A stretch of 64,000 nucleotides of DNA from an uncultured Candidatus Saccharibacteria bacterium. GTDB taxonomy: Bacteria > Patescibacteriota > Saccharimonadia > Saccharimonadales > JALRHH01. How positions within the stretch are numbered: position 1 is the stretch's first letter; each line of letters starts with the position of its first letter. The position numbers and the translations under genes are program-made. Below are positions 19,213 to 29,197 of the stretch, one piece after another. The notes beneath the pieces are model-generated. The model ran no database searches and had not been told where the DNA came from. It saw only the letters and a list, made by a program, of their open reading frames with translations. The stretch is from NCBI GenBank assembly GCA_964559915.1, contig CAZLJP010000001.1:129510-193509 (forward strand). The letters are read 5' to 3'.

Positions 19213-19473
19213 ATGCTTATACTTCTAGTAATCCATGTTGTCGTCGCAATTACGAGCTTAGGAGTCGCTGCCAGCGGATTACTGTGGCCTTCCAGGACGC
19301 GCCTTAATCTGTCATACAGTCTTGTTGCCACCACCATCGCCAGTGGTACTACCCTGGTGGTCGTAACGCATAGCGCAGTCCTACAGAGTTGCCTGACAGG
19401 CCTAATGTATACCGCTACCGCACTTTCGCTAACACAGTTGCTTCGTCGACGCCTTACGAGCAACGAACTGTAG
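19213..19473 (+). CDS. Small hydrophobic membrane protein
   Basis: Three hydrophobic segments; follows cyoE and abuts the next gene. Confidence 0.6.
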   Translation: MLILLVIHVVVAITSLGVAASGLLWPSRTRLNLSYSLVATTIASGTTLVVVTHSAVLQSCLTGLMYTATALSLTQLLRRRLTSNEL

Positions 19474-20025
19474 ATGAAGAAAACCGATATCACAAACCAC
19501 TTACATATAAGCGCACTTCGTAGTGCTCGATTCAACTTTGCTTATGTGGCGATTTTTGCAATACAAACTATCGTATTTCATGCGTCCAAAGTCATCACAC
19601 CCGAGCTACTGCTCAAGCGCTGGTCGGCAGCAGCAATTTTACTAGTAATAACGGCTGCTGCTTGGCTGATTGCAAAAGGACGACACGCGGGTGGGGTCAG
19701 TGCGCAAGTTGCACTCAGTCTCATTATTTTGGTTGATATTGCCTTTGCTGTGTTCAATACCTATACCCAGCGTGGCTATGCGAGTAAATCCGTCCTGTTA
19801 TTTATTATCCCTATCGTTGTTGCCACTAGTTTCATGAATCGGGCTGCTTTGTTTGCAACAGCCCTTCTGGCAGTAGCGGCTTATACCACTACGGCTATCG
19901 CTTACTTTGTATTAAACTTCAACGAAGGCTACATGTCAGAAATGTACGCCGAAATTGGCTTCTATAGCACCATCTTTTTGTTACTTGCTGGTCTTCTCTG
20001 GTCACTAACGCGTCATCGTCGTTAA
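19474..20025 (+). CDS. Hypothetical multi-pass membrane protein
   Basis: About five TM segments. Confidence 0.7.
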   Translation: MKKTDITNHLHISALRSARFNFAYVAIFAIQTIVFHASKVITPELLLKRWSAAAILLVITAAAWLIAKGRHAGGVSAQVALSLIILVDIAFAVFNTYTQRGYASKSVLLFIIPIVVATSFMNRAALFATALLAVAAYTTTAIAYFVLNFNEGYMSEMYAEIGFYSTIFLLLAGLLWSLTRHRR

Positions 20026-20062
20026 GGTGCTATCATAAAAGTAGCTAATTGGAGGGTTTACC

Positions 20063-20785
20063 ATGGCGCAATATGATTTTAGTGGGCTCAAAGCAATCTT
20101 TTTTAACGGCACTCTTGAGAAATCGCCAGGCGAGAGCCATACCGAATTATTGATAGATGTAAGTCGTAAGATTATGGAAAAGCACGGCGTTAAAACCGAA
20201 AGTATTCGAGTTATCGACAGTGGCATTGCTACTGGTCTATGGCCGGATATGACAGAGCATGGCTGGGAAACAGATACGTGGCCAGAGATATACGAACGTG
20301 TGAAAGCTGCCGACATCGTAGTCATCTGCGGGCCAATTTGGCTTGGGGACAACAGCTCAGAAACCAAGAAGATTATCGAACGTTTGTACGCCGTTGGGCA
20401 TGAGCAAAATGAAGATGGCCAATATATCTTTATGAACAAAGTTGGTGGCTGCCTAATCACAGGAAATGAAGATGGCGTTAAACATTGTGCGATGAATATT
20501 CTCTATAGTTTGCAGCATTTGAGTTTTACCATTCCGCCAACCTCAGATGCAGGATGGCTTGGCGACATTGGTCCTGGGCCCAGCTACGGCGATAAACTTC
20601 CTGATGGAACTCGCGCTGGATTTGATAGCGATTTTACCAACCGTAACGTCACCTTCATGACCTGGAATTTGATGCATATGGCACAGCTTATTAAGAATGC
20701 TGGCGGTATTCCTGCAGAAGGAAATTCACGCAGAGACTGGGACGCTGGCGAACGCTTCGACTTCTCTAACCCGGAGTACCGGTAA
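20063..20785 (+). CDS. NAD(P)H-dependent FMN reductase / flavodoxin-like protein
   Basis: NGTL..SP..SHT, PIWLG, ITGNEDG; GGAGG SD. Confidence 0.87.
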   Translation: MAQYDFSGLKAIFFNGTLEKSPGESHTELLIDVSRKIMEKHGVKTESIRVIDSGIATGLWPDMTEHGWETDTWPEIYERVKAADIVVICGPIWLGDNSSETKKIIERLYAVGHEQNEDGQYIFMNKVGGCLITGNEDGVKHCAMNILYSLQHLSFTIPPTSDAGWLGDIGPGPSYGDKLPDGTRAGFDSDFTNRNVTFMTWNLMHMAQLIKNAGGIPAEGNSRRDWDAGERFDFSNPEYR

Positions 20786-20791
20786 CTATTA

Positions 20792-21382
20792 GTGAAGTCA
20801 TTGGCCAATAGTCTGGGCACCCCAAAGGCACCTGCCGTCTCATATCTGCCTGACTTCACAGCCGAAAATATTGCTGATATTGATTTTATGCTGCTTAAAA
20901 AGCTTGGGATTAAACATCTGCTTTTTGATTTGGACCAAACACTGCGTCGCCCATATACCAGACATTTACATCCAGAAGTTATTACACTACTCACTAAAGT
21001 TAATAAGTCTAAGCAGTTCAAAACTTTGTGTGTGGTTAGCAATAATCACCGTAGGCTCACTCGATTTAGTAAGCCGATTGGTGCTCGTGTATTTCAACCA
21101 TACCGCAAAGGTTGGCGTATTATCCGCAAACCAAACCCGCTCTTTTTTGAATACGTACTGGGTGAGCTTAGGGCCAAGCCAGAACATACTATTATGATTG
21201 GTGACCGCATACACGCTGATGTATTTGGCGGTAATCGTATGGGTATGTACACACTCTATGTCAAAAAACGCGGCGCAATTGATTATTGGTTTGATTGGCT
21301 GCTACTGACACGCGTGCGAGACAAGCGACGATTCCGTGATGCCCTGACACGCCACAGAGAAAATCGCAAAAATAAGAAGTAA
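20792..21382 (+). CDS. HAD-IIIA phosphatase, YqeG-like
   Basis: DLDQTL, VSNN, KP, MIGDRIHAD..GGNR.G. Confidence 0.87.
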   Translation: MKSLANSLGTPKAPAVSYLPDFTAENIADIDFMLLKKLGIKHLLFDLDQTLRRPYTRHLHPEVITLLTKVNKSKQFKTLCVVSNNHRRLTRFSKPIGARVFQPYRKGWRIIRKPNPLFFEYVLGELRAKPEHTIMIGDRIHADVFGGNRMGMYTLYVKKRGAIDYWFDWLLLTRVRDKRRFRDALTRHRENRKNKK

Positions 21383-21408
21383 CCTAATAATCGGGTATAC
21401 TAGAGTTA

Positions 21409-22407
21409 ATGGAGACAACGGGGGGCACAGCGTTAACCGACGAAGGCCGGCAAGCAAAGCTTGACGAGCTGTTAGCTGGTCGATTCCGACAGCGCGGCAA
21501 ACTACACCTTCCGACTACTACACAGTACAATAGCCTCAACACAAACGATGGTCTGCTTACCGTTTGCAAAGATATGTGTCGCTGGCTGGGCGTCAAACCA
21601 AATGGCCTGCAAGTGGTCTTTGGTAATATATCTACCAACTTTGATTACACTAATGACACTATCATTATTAATCAGCGCTATAAATCACACCCCTACGCCG
21701 TCGGCGCATTCCTAGCACTTGCTACCGTCACTTATTTTGTCCAACGTTATAACAATGATTCCACGGATAGATTATTTATAGAATACGCCGCGCTACACAG
21801 TGGTTTGGGCATCTGGGTACTCAACGCGCTGCAACCCAAAACATCACGACCCGAGGCGCTCTACACTGCCATAGACGGGCGATGGTTCCATACTGAGGGC
21901 ATTAGTCTCCAGCTGTATAGTTCAAGTCAGTTTGCGTCACAAGTCGCTTCATTTGCGCACAGCAATCGTATTGCCCCAGAAAGCTACTTGCCCCAGGTGA
22001 GCCCTCGCTCTCGACATCTGCTGCCAGCTCTCATGCAAACTGCCAGCACCCGTAGCTTATCCGAACCGGACATCGTGGTTTATCATCGCCGTGAAGCCCG
22101 CAGGTTATGGACAAAAATCTGGCTGGTAGTTGGTATCTTTGCACTAGTTACCACAGTTGGCGTCTACTATGTCGCACAGCGCAAACCGTCTACCGACCCG
22201 ATACAGATTCAGGCCCGTCAAAGCTTAGATATCATTAAAGAGTCAGTGGATGCGTGTGTGAAAAAGGCCTCAGACCAACAAAGCAGTTACGACCCGAATG
22301 ATTTGTTTATGACTCGTCAGATTGATGCCACAAAGTCACGCTGCGAATCACAACGCAATCAATACAACTACGCCCTCGGCGAATACCGCGATACTTACAC
22401 TAAATAA
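21409..22407 (+). CDS. Hypothetical protein with one TM
   Basis: 332-aa ORF; TATACT shortly upstream. Confidence 0.7.
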   Translation: METTGGTALTDEGRQAKLDELLAGRFRQRGKLHLPTTTQYNSLNTNDGLLTVCKDMCRWLGVKPNGLQVVFGNISTNFDYTNDTIIINQRYKSHPYAVGAFLALATVTYFVQRYNNDSTDRLFIEYAALHSGLGIWVLNALQPKTSRPEALYTAIDGRWFHTEGISLQLYSSSQFASQVASFAHSNRIAPESYLPQVSPRSRHLLPALMQTASTRSLSEPDIVVYHRREARRLWTKIWLVVGIFALVTTVGVYYVAQRKPSTDPIQIQARQSLDIIKESVDACVKKASDQQSSYDPNDLFMTRQIDATKSRCESQRNQYNYALGEYRDTYTK

Positions 22408-22408
22408 T

Positions 22409-24070
22409 CTAGAAATGTTCACGCAAGTGAGACATAGAATAATCCCACTTAGCATCAGTCTTTTTGTGTGGGTTGAAGATATTTTCTGAATCAAAGATAT
22501 GCTTGACCGTACGCATGTGATCGGTAATAGCCTTGCCAAACTGCTGTTCCAGCCAAGGGCCACGCACCAAACCATCATTATGCTCACCACTCAGTGAACC
22601 ACCATAGCTCAGGACTAGGTCATTGACCTCTTTTTGTGCAGGTTGAATTTTGGCACGTTCTTTGGGGTCTTCGAATTTCATTAGTGGGATAACATGAAAA
22701 TTACCATCACCAACATGCCCGGCTATTGTGGCAAATAACTTGTACTTCTTAATAATCTTTTGCAGTCGTGGCAAAAAGTCTACCAAATGTTCTACTGGTA
22801 CTGCAAAGTCATCAATGAATGGCGCTGTGTGCTTGTCCTTAACCTTGCTGCGCAAAATCTGAAAACTATTACGGCGCATAATCCAGAACTTCTCTGCCTT
22901 ACCCTCTGTTGGGTCTTCTTCGAAACCATTGATTTCATAACGTGCACGTTTTTTAGCTAATTCTTTGTGTAGTGCGCGGACTTTTGCGCGGACTTCCTCT
23001 TCTGTATCGGCATTAAACTCCACCATCAAGACTAATTTAGGTATGCCTCGAAGGAGTTGTAGACCATCAGGGATTAAAGTAATCAATAGATGAATAAATC
23101 GTTTCCAGCCCAGCATCTTTAGGAAGCTCGGCATAAAGCGGATTGAGAGTAGTAGTGTAGCATCGTCAAATGATTCAAACGTGGCAGGCTTGTGCTTTAG
23201 CACGGCTGGGATAAGCTCACCCAGGTCATTAATATTCTTGAGGAACAAGACGAGCACGCCCGAGTGAGCACGCGCCGGTACGAGACGGAATTTAATATCG
23301 GTAACCATACCAAGCGTACCTTCAGAACCCACAAACAGTTTAGTCAGGTCAAATATTCCTGTTTCGCGGTCCCACACATCCCATAATGCGTAGCCCATCG
23401 AGTTCTTGGTAACATGCGGGCGAGCGGCTTTGATTTCGTCATAGTGGGTATCGCACAACTCAAAGACCTCTTTGTATATGCGACCTTCAAGGTTATTTTG
23501 GGCAATTTTAGTATCAAGCTCTACCTTAGCTAGTGGAGCAATAGTATATTCCTTGCCATCAGCCAAAACTACCTTCAGCTCATCCACGAACCCAGCCGTC
23601 TTGCCATATTCTAATGACTTCTCACCACCGGAATTGTTGCCAATCATACCACCAATCGTGGCCATCTCACGTGAGGCTGGATACGATGGCATCAGTGATC
23701 CCTGCGCCAGTGTTGCTTTCTCGAAATCACGATAAAACACACCAGGCTGTGCATGGGCTTGCTCGGGTGATACTTCAAAAATCTTCGTCAAATAACGGTT
23801 AAAATCAATAATGACCGAATCATTGATAGCACCACCAGCCATGTCAGTGCCCGCACTACGAGCAGTTAATGACAAGTCAGGAATTGTCTTCTTGTGCTTG
23901 GTCGTCAATGCAACCAAGGCTTCTAAGTCCTTAGCATCCTTAGGCGCCACAATGGCCTGCGGTACAATCTCGAACATACTCGCATCATGGCTATACTTCT
24001 CACGTGTAGCCAAATCTGTTTCTATATCACCTTGAAATTTTGTCCGTAATTCAGTGAGGAATGCGTCCAT
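22409..24070 (-). CDS. FAD-linked oxidoreductase (GlcD/D-lactate dehydrogenase-like)
   Basis: YSHDAS, RSAGT..AG, TIGGMIGNNS, GSEGTLG, GHVGDGNFH, SGEHNDG. Confidence 0.9.
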   Translation of the reverse strand: MDAFLTELRTKFQGDIETDLATREKYSHDASMFEIVPQAIVAPKDAKDLEALVALTTKHKKTIPDLSLTARSAGTDMAGGAINDSVIIDFNRYLTKIFEVSPEQAHAQPGVFYRDFEKATLAQGSLMPSYPASREMATIGGMIGNNSGGEKSLEYGKTAGFVDELKVVLADGKEYTIAPLAKVELDTKIAQNNLEGRIYKEVFELCDTHYDEIKAARPHVTKNSMGYALWDVWDRETGIFDLTKLFVGSEGTLGMVTDIKFRLVPARAHSGVLVLFLKNINDLGELIPAVLKHKPATFESFDDATLLLSIRFMPSFLKMLGWKRFIHLLITLIPDGLQLLRGIPKLVLMVEFNADTEEEVRAKVRALHKELAKKRARYEINGFEEDPTEGKAEKFWIMRRNSFQILRSKVKDKHTAPFIDDFAVPVEHLVDFLPRLQKIIKKYKLFATIAGHVGDGNFHVIPLMKFEDPKERAKIQPAQKEVNDLVLSYGGSLSGEHNDGLVRGPWLEQQFGKAITDHMRTVKHIFDSENIFNPHKKTDAKWDYSMSHLREHF

Positions 24071-24134
24071 GCCACCCTTTAAGTTTTAGTGCTAGTTATG
24101 GTGTAAGTATAAGCGGTATGCTACTATTTACCAA

Positions 24135-25358
24135 ATGAGTAGTCACAGAATTGTAGTGGTGGGCGGCGGTTTTGGTGGTATAAAAACTGCCTTGGAACTG
24201 GCCAGAGATAACCGGTTTGATATCACCCTCATTAGCGACCATGAAGATTTCCGTGTCTATCCTACGCTGTATCACGTTGCCAGTGGTGGTTCGCACAAAG
24301 TTGCCTCTATCCCGCTGTCAGAAATCTTTGCAGAAAAACGCGTCAAGGTAGTTATCGACCGAGTTACGGCAATAGATAAAAAAGCTCGCACTATTACTAC
24401 CGCCGGTAAACGGAGCTTTGGCTACGAAGCTACCGTTATCGCACTGGGCGTACGAACCAATTACTTTGGCATTCAAGGTATAGAGGAGTTTTCATACGGT
24501 ATTAAGACTTTGGCAGAAGCCGAACGTCTGAAAGCTCATCTCCACCAACAACTGTGCGATGATAAAAAACCAGACCTCAACTATGTAGTAATTGGTGGTG
24601 GCCCAACCGGTGTTGAATTAGCTGGCGCCCTCCCCCAATACCTCAAGCAACTTGCCAAAAATCACGGGATTAATCACCGAGCGATTCATGTTGACCTAAT
24701 CGAAGCAGCACCACGACTGGTTCCACGTATGCCCAAGGTTATATCCAAGGCCATTGCGCGCAACCTGCGTCGTCAAGGCGTTAAGCTGTATCTAAAAACT
24801 GCCGTCCAGGCCCAAACCGCTGATGCACTCATGGTCAATGACAAGCCTATTCGTAGCCACACGGTTATTTGGACTGCTGGCACTGCCAACCATCCGTTCT
24901 TTGCAAAGCATGATTTCCAAATTGCACCCAACCGCAAAGTTCGTGTTGACCAGTTCCTGCAAGCAGAACCGGGCATTTATGTGATTGGTGACAATGCCGA
25001 TACACCTTATAGCGGCATGGCACAAACCGCCCTGTATGACGGTAATTTTGTGGCGGCCAATCTACAGCGTATTGCCAGTAGCCATGATCCCAAACCCTAC
25101 ACCGCAAAAAAGCCTATCTATGTATTCCCGGCCGGACCTAGGTGGGCTGCAGTGCTGTGGGGCAGAATCCGCATCTATGGACGTCTGGGCTGGTGGCTGC
25201 GCAGCATGGCTGATCTCGTTGCCTATCATGATTACTTGCCTACTGCCCTTGCCCTTAAGCGTTGGGGCGCTATGGAACAAACAGAAGACGCTTGCCCCTA
25301 TTGTAGTGGCGACCCACAACTCGATAAACTCGAGTATCTCTCTGGCGAATCGAGCTAA
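24135..25358 (+). CDS. ndh: Type II NADH:quinone oxidoreductase-like flavoprotein
   Basis: VVVGGGFGG, P.LY.VA.G, IGGGPTGVELAG, IWTAG, IGD, AQ.A. Confidence 0.85.
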   Translation: MSSHRIVVVGGGFGGIKTALELARDNRFDITLISDHEDFRVYPTLYHVASGGSHKVASIPLSEIFAEKRVKVVIDRVTAIDKKARTITTAGKRSFGYEATVIALGVRTNYFGIQGIEEFSYGIKTLAEAERLKAHLHQQLCDDKKPDLNYVVIGGGPTGVELAGALPQYLKQLAKNHGINHRAIHVDLIEAAPRLVPRMPKVISKAIARNLRRQGVKLYLKTAVQAQTADALMVNDKPIRSHTVIWTAGTANHPFFAKHDFQIAPNRKVRVDQFLQAEPGIYVIGDNADTPYSGMAQTALYDGNFVAANLQRIASSHDPKPYTAKKPIYVFPAGPRWAAVLWGRIRIYGRLGWWLRSMADLVAYHDYLPTALALKRWGAMEQTEDACPYCSGDPQLDKLEYLSGESS

Positions 25359-26012
25359 CTATTCAGCCTTTTGACTATTTTCAGCGCGCCACTTTTCAAT
25401 CTCGGCGTGATGACCACTAAGTAAAACCTCGGGTACTGTCATGTCGTTGAACACTTCAGGACGAGTATACTGTGGGAACTCAACAGAGGTGTCGTCTGCT
25501 TGGAATGACTCAATTTCGGCTGATGCTGCGCCGCCCAATACACCGGGTAGTAGCCGTACGACACTATCAATAATAATCATAGCCGGCAGTTCACCTCCTG
25601 TTAAGACATAACTACCAATACAATATTGTTTATCTACCCATTTGGTCACCCGTTCATCATAGCCTTCATAGCGTGGGCAAACCAAAATCAGACCCTTGGC
25701 ATTGGCAGCTAGTTGCTTAGCATCTGATTGCTTATATACTGCGCCGCGTGGTGTTGGTAGGATAACCACCGCTTCAGGGTCAATCTGCTTGGCGTGTTCT
25801 ATGGCCGCAACGAGTGGCTCTGGCTTGAGCAACATACCATCACCACCGCCATATGGTGTGTCATCCACCTGCTGACGCGGGCCAGTACCAAAACTACGCA
25901 GATTGATATAACTAACTTCAAAGGCGCCTTTGTCTTGTGCCTTCCAGAGCATACTGGCGTTAAGTACGCCTTCGAACATCTCTGGGAATAGACTAATTAC
26001 CTGTATCTTCAT
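25359..26012 (-). CDS. trmD: tRNA (guanine37-N1)-methyltransferase
   Basis: SLFPEMF, VDDTPYGGGDGM, RYEGYDER, IGSYVLTGGE, PQYTRP. Confidence 0.97.
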   Translation of the reverse strand: MKIQVISLFPEMFEGVLNASMLWKAQDKGAFEVSYINLRSFGTGPRQQVDDTPYGGGDGMLLKPEPLVAAIEHAKQIDPEAVVILPTPRGAVYKQSDAKQLAANAKGLILVCPRYEGYDERVTKWVDKQYCIGSYVLTGGELPAMIIIDSVVRLLPGVLGGAASAEIESFQADDTSVEFPQYTRPEVFNDMTVPEVLLSGHHAEIEKWRAENSQKAE

Positions 26013-26029
26013 CTCTGTTATTCTAGCAC

Positions 26030-26153
26030 AAACAAAAAGAACCCCCTTCGGGGTTCGTTTTGTCACATAAAGCTCTCATCTTTCGATGTCTCGCAACCGA
26101 GCTTTTGTTTGGGTGTTTTTGTTTTTTACTGCTGTAGGTCACAGCCGAATGTA
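26030..26153 (-). ncRNA. Candidate stand-alone sRNA A (A/C-rich core)
   Basis: TTGCGT-17-TATAGT promoter (26188-26160), two hairpins around AAAAAACAAAAACACCCAAACAAAA, terminator GAACCCC-GAAG-GGGGTTC-TTTTT. Confidence 0.55.
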
Positions 26154-26229
26154 GGTATGACTATAGCCGTAACCGTCTTGGTACGCAATACGAATCTACG
26201 GTTAGTTATCCCCACCCCTGGGGATAAGT

Positions 26230-26616
26230 TTAGATGTCGAGGTCGTCGAGGTCAGCTAATTCGGCACGAGTCTTGCTCACTACGTCGCTCGGCTCTTCTT
26301 CGGCTACCACGGCATCGCTGTCGTCGTCAGCACTGTTACTAGTACTAGAAGCAGTTGGTGCACCACCGGTCACATCAACAATTTTGAGGTTATAGCGGGC
26401 ATCGTTCTTCGTGCCAAGAGCGCGCAGCAGTGTACGCAGGCTCTGCGCAGTCGCGCCACGCTTACCGATGACACGGCCAAGATCTTCACCATCTACGGTT
26501 AGCTCAAGTAGTACGCCTTTTTCATCAATTCGGCGCTCAACACTTACTGCATCAGGGTTACCGACAAGTGATTTAACAATATATTCTATAAACTGCTGGT
26601 CAATGGTATTACTCAT
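26230..26616 (-). CDS. khpA: KH-domain RNA-binding protein (KhpA/YlqC-like)
   Basis: DLGRVIGKRGATA; located between rpsP and trmD. Confidence 0.9.
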   Translation of the reverse strand: MSNTIDQQFIEYIVKSLVGNPDAVSVERRIDEKGVLLELTVDGEDLGRVIGKRGATAQSLRTLLRALGTKNDARYNLKIVDVTGGAPTASSTSNSADDDSDAVVAEEEPSDVVSKTRAELADLDDLDI

Positions 26617-26704
26617 ACTGACGTCCCTCCGATTACGGTATTACCCATCTATTGTACCAAAAAACCCAGCACATAGCTGGGTTTTAAGCATTAGTTCAGA
26701 AAAC

Positions 26705-27169
26705 TTAGGCTTCTTTTGGTTCGTCAGCTGATTCTTCTGCTGGAGTTTCCTCGGCAGCAGCTTCTTCAACAGGTGCTTCTGGAGCTTCTGCAACTTCCTC
26801 GGCTGGCGCCTCGGGTTCTGCTGCTGGCTCTTCAGGCTCTGGTGCAGCTTCTTCTGCAGGACGGTTACGACGCAGTTTTTCTGGGTTTCGCAGTTTGCCT
26901 TCCTTAGCAGGAGCAACCTTTACCCACTCTGGTAACTTAACACCCTCTGCTGTGAGCAATCGCACAACACGGTCAGATGGCTGAGCACCATTGCTCAGGT
27001 ATTTAGTTGCTAGCTCTTTGTTCAGAACCGTTTCTTTGCTGTGTGGATTGTAGCTGCCAAGCAGGGCGACCACACGGCCACTGCTAGGGGTCCGGCGACT
27101 GTCTTGAACGACAACGCGGAATTGAGCATGACCTTTACGGCCAGTACGCTGCAAACGAATAACAAGCAT
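26705..27169 (-). CDS. rpsP: 30S ribosomal protein S16 with acidic tail
   Basis: IRLQRTGRK, LGSYNP, GAQPSDRV. Confidence 0.96.
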   Translation of the reverse strand: MLVIRLQRTGRKGHAQFRVVVQDSRRTPSSGRVVALLGSYNPHSKETVLNKELATKYLSNGAQPSDRVVRLLTAEGVKLPEWVKVAPAKEGKLRNPEKLRRNRPAEEAAPEPEEPAAEPEAPAEEVAEAPEAPVEEAAAEETPAEESADEPKEA

Positions 27170-27247
27170 GTTATTCCTCTCATATTCCCTATAAAGAGAT
27201 TAAATTGTTAACTCGGTAATATTACAGGAAATCACCCCTGTTGTCAA

Positions 27248-27943
27248 CTATTTAGCGTAGGTCTTTAGAGCAGTTTCGGCGGCTGCAACTTGGGCAGTCT
27301 GCTTGCTTGGGCCGATACCTTCACCCTTTAGCTGACCATTCACAAACACACCAACCGTAAAGGTCTTTTCGTGGTCTGGGCCTTCTTCGGTCAATACTTT
27401 GTATATTGGTGTATGACCGTCTTTGCTTTGTACGATTTCTTGTAAGTTAGATTTTGGGTCCATCCATGAGCCAGTTTTTAAAATCTCTTCGAATGTGACT
27501 AATAGGCTACTGGTGATGAAATTCTTGGCAGCATCGTAGCCTTGATCCAGATACAGCGCACCAACCACAGCTTCGTAACAGTTGGCCAAAATCTGAGCAC
27601 GGGCACGATCCGTACCGCGCTTCTCGCCTCGGCTGAGACGCAACAATGGCTCAAAATCATGTCGAGCGGCAGCCGCACTAATGCTTTCGGTTCGCACCAA
27701 TGCACTGCGCCAGTTGGTGAGAATGCCTTCTGGGTCACTATAGTTACCGTACAGATACTCAGTAGAGACGAGCTCGAGCACAGCATCCCCCAGGAACTCG
27801 AGACGCTCGTTATGCTCCTTGGCGGTCTTACGGTGCTCGTTTACATATGAGCGGTGGGTAAAGGCAGTGATTAGCAGCTCAAGGTCATTGAATGTAACGC
27901 CAAGTGTATCCTTGGCAAACTGTGTGTATTTAGTAACGTCCAT
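27248..27943 (-). CDS. rnc: Ribonuclease III
   Basis: THRSY, NERLEFLGDAVL, dsRBD GPDH.K.F. Confidence 0.97.
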   Translation of the reverse strand: MDVTKYTQFAKDTLGVTFNDLELLITAFTHRSYVNEHRKTAKEHNERLEFLGDAVLELVSTEYLYGNYSDPEGILTNWRSALVRTESISAAAARHDFEPLLRLSRGEKRGTDRARAQILANCYEAVVGALYLDQGYDAAKNFITSSLLVTFEEILKTGSWMDPKSNLQEIVQSKDGHTPIYKVLTEEGPDHEKTFTVGVFVNGQLKGEGIGPSKQTAQVAAAETALKTYAK

Positions 27944-27946
27944 AAT

Positions 27947-28453
27947 TTAGTGCTTCTTGTTCCTGATTTTTTTAAGCGCCAACAAAATAATCTTGCCGAT
28001 ATCTTCGTATTCAATCTTATCCAGGGCCTCGTTGGCTGGGAACCATTTAATACCATTCATCCAATCTTCTGGCTGCAATTCGTTGGTCTTGCCCTTTGCC
28101 TCAACCAAGAATATCTCTGTGGTCATCAGCACCAAGCTCTGCTGCCGGCGATAACGGAAGTTAATCTTGCCCAACCAGTCCGATACAGCCATTTGCTGCA
28201 AACCAGTTTCTTCGCGGATTTCACGTTCTGCAGTTTGCTTTGATGATTCACCTTCTTCGATATGACCTTTTGGGATAGTCCAGCGGTTCTTGGCGTCCTG
28301 AATCAGTAGTATTTCTACTTCACCTTTTTCGGCCAAGCGATACACAATACCACCCGCAGTTGGTTCACGGACGACTTCGCTAATAGTGGGTTTACGACGA
28401 CTAACAAATTTTTTGAAGCCGCCTAGCGGGTTATTTGGTCGTTTCATCGGCAT
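27947..28453 (-). CDS. NUDIX hydrolase
   Basis: Nudix box PKGHIEEGESSKQTAEREIREETG. Confidence 0.92.
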   Translation of the reverse strand: MPMKRPNNPLGGFKKFVSRRKPTISEVVREPTAGGIVYRLAEKGEVEILLIQDAKNRWTIPKGHIEEGESSKQTAEREIREETGLQQMAVSDWLGKINFRYRRQQSLVLMTTEIFLVEAKGKTNELQPEDWMNGIKWFPANEALDKIEYEDIGKIILLALKKIRNKKH

Positions 28454-28916
28454 CTTTAATGACTTTCTTAGTGAGGGGAGCTACGTCTTCGCCCTCGCGC
28501 TGGCGCAAGAGTGTGCCCAATACGCCGTTAATAAATTTAGAGGAATTTTCGCCGCCAAATGCCTTGGCTAGCTCTACAGCTTCGTTAATAACCACCTTAG
28601 GTGGTACGTCACTGACAAATGTCAGCTCGTAGGCACCGATGCGTAGTACCAGTCGGTCCATACGTGCGATTTGGTCAATTGGCCAATCAGGTGCAATTGG
28701 CTGTAGCATGGCATCAAGTTCGGTTTTTTTGGCGTCTACGCCAGCAACCAGTTCTTGAATAAACACTGGGTCGTCCACCATGTCAGCATAGCGCTTGATG
28801 TTGCGCGCCAAGACGTCCTTCAATTTGAAGGCTTTGTCATCACACTCTAGACGGAACTCTTCTTCGTAGAGCGTCTGTAGTGCAATGATACGACCGAGGT
28901 GTCGGTTGGATGCCAT
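28431..28916 (-). CDS. nusB: Transcription antitermination factor NusB
   Basis: R..ALQ.LY, DR.VLR, VPPKVVINEAVELAK.FG, FINGVL. Confidence 0.96.
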   Translation of the reverse strand: MASNRHLGRIIALQTLYEEEFRLECDDKAFKLKDVLARNIKRYADMVDDPVFIQELVAGVDAKKTELDAMLQPIAPDWPIDQIARMDRLVLRIGAYELTFVSDVPPKVVINEAVELAKAFGGENSSKFINGVLGTLLRQREGEDVAPLTKKVIKDADETTK

Positions 28917-28966
28917 ATTGTTAAAATCCTTCTTAGCTACCAGTATACCCTAAGGGCGATTGGTAC

Positions 28967-29122
28967 TTAAGCTTTTTCGGCTAATTTTTTGCCTGATTCG
29001 CGACGTGTGGTATATGCCTTCACTGGTGAAGTAGCATTCACTGCACGAGCCAATTTGACCAGCAAATGGCTACGACGTGAGCCGGTGCGACGCGGACTGG
29101 TTCGTTTCTTGGGCTTACCCAT
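28967..29122 (-). CDS. rpmF: 50S ribosomal protein L32 (51 aa, Cys-free), not in the ORF track
   Basis: MGKPKKRTSPRRTGSRRSH N-terminus; GAGGAG SD; upstream of nusB. Confidence 0.85.
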   Translation of the reverse strand: MGKPKKRTSPRRTGSRRSHLLVKLARAVNATSPVKAYTTRRESGKKLAEKA

Positions 29123-29197
29123 AGATATATACTCCTCTTACGAGTTAACAAAATTCTCTGTTACTATAGCGTAAATTACCACGTTATTCAAGGGATG

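Noticed and set aside
26206-26227. TTATCCCCA/TGGGGATAA as DnaA boxes or oriC
   Set aside because: Only two one-mismatch boxes forming a hairpin right after the khpA stop; no dnaA or AT-rich unwinding region nearby.
26705-26860. Quasi-repeats at the 3' end of rpsP
   Set aside because: They encode a Glu/Ala/Pro-rich S16 extension, which is common in several phyla.
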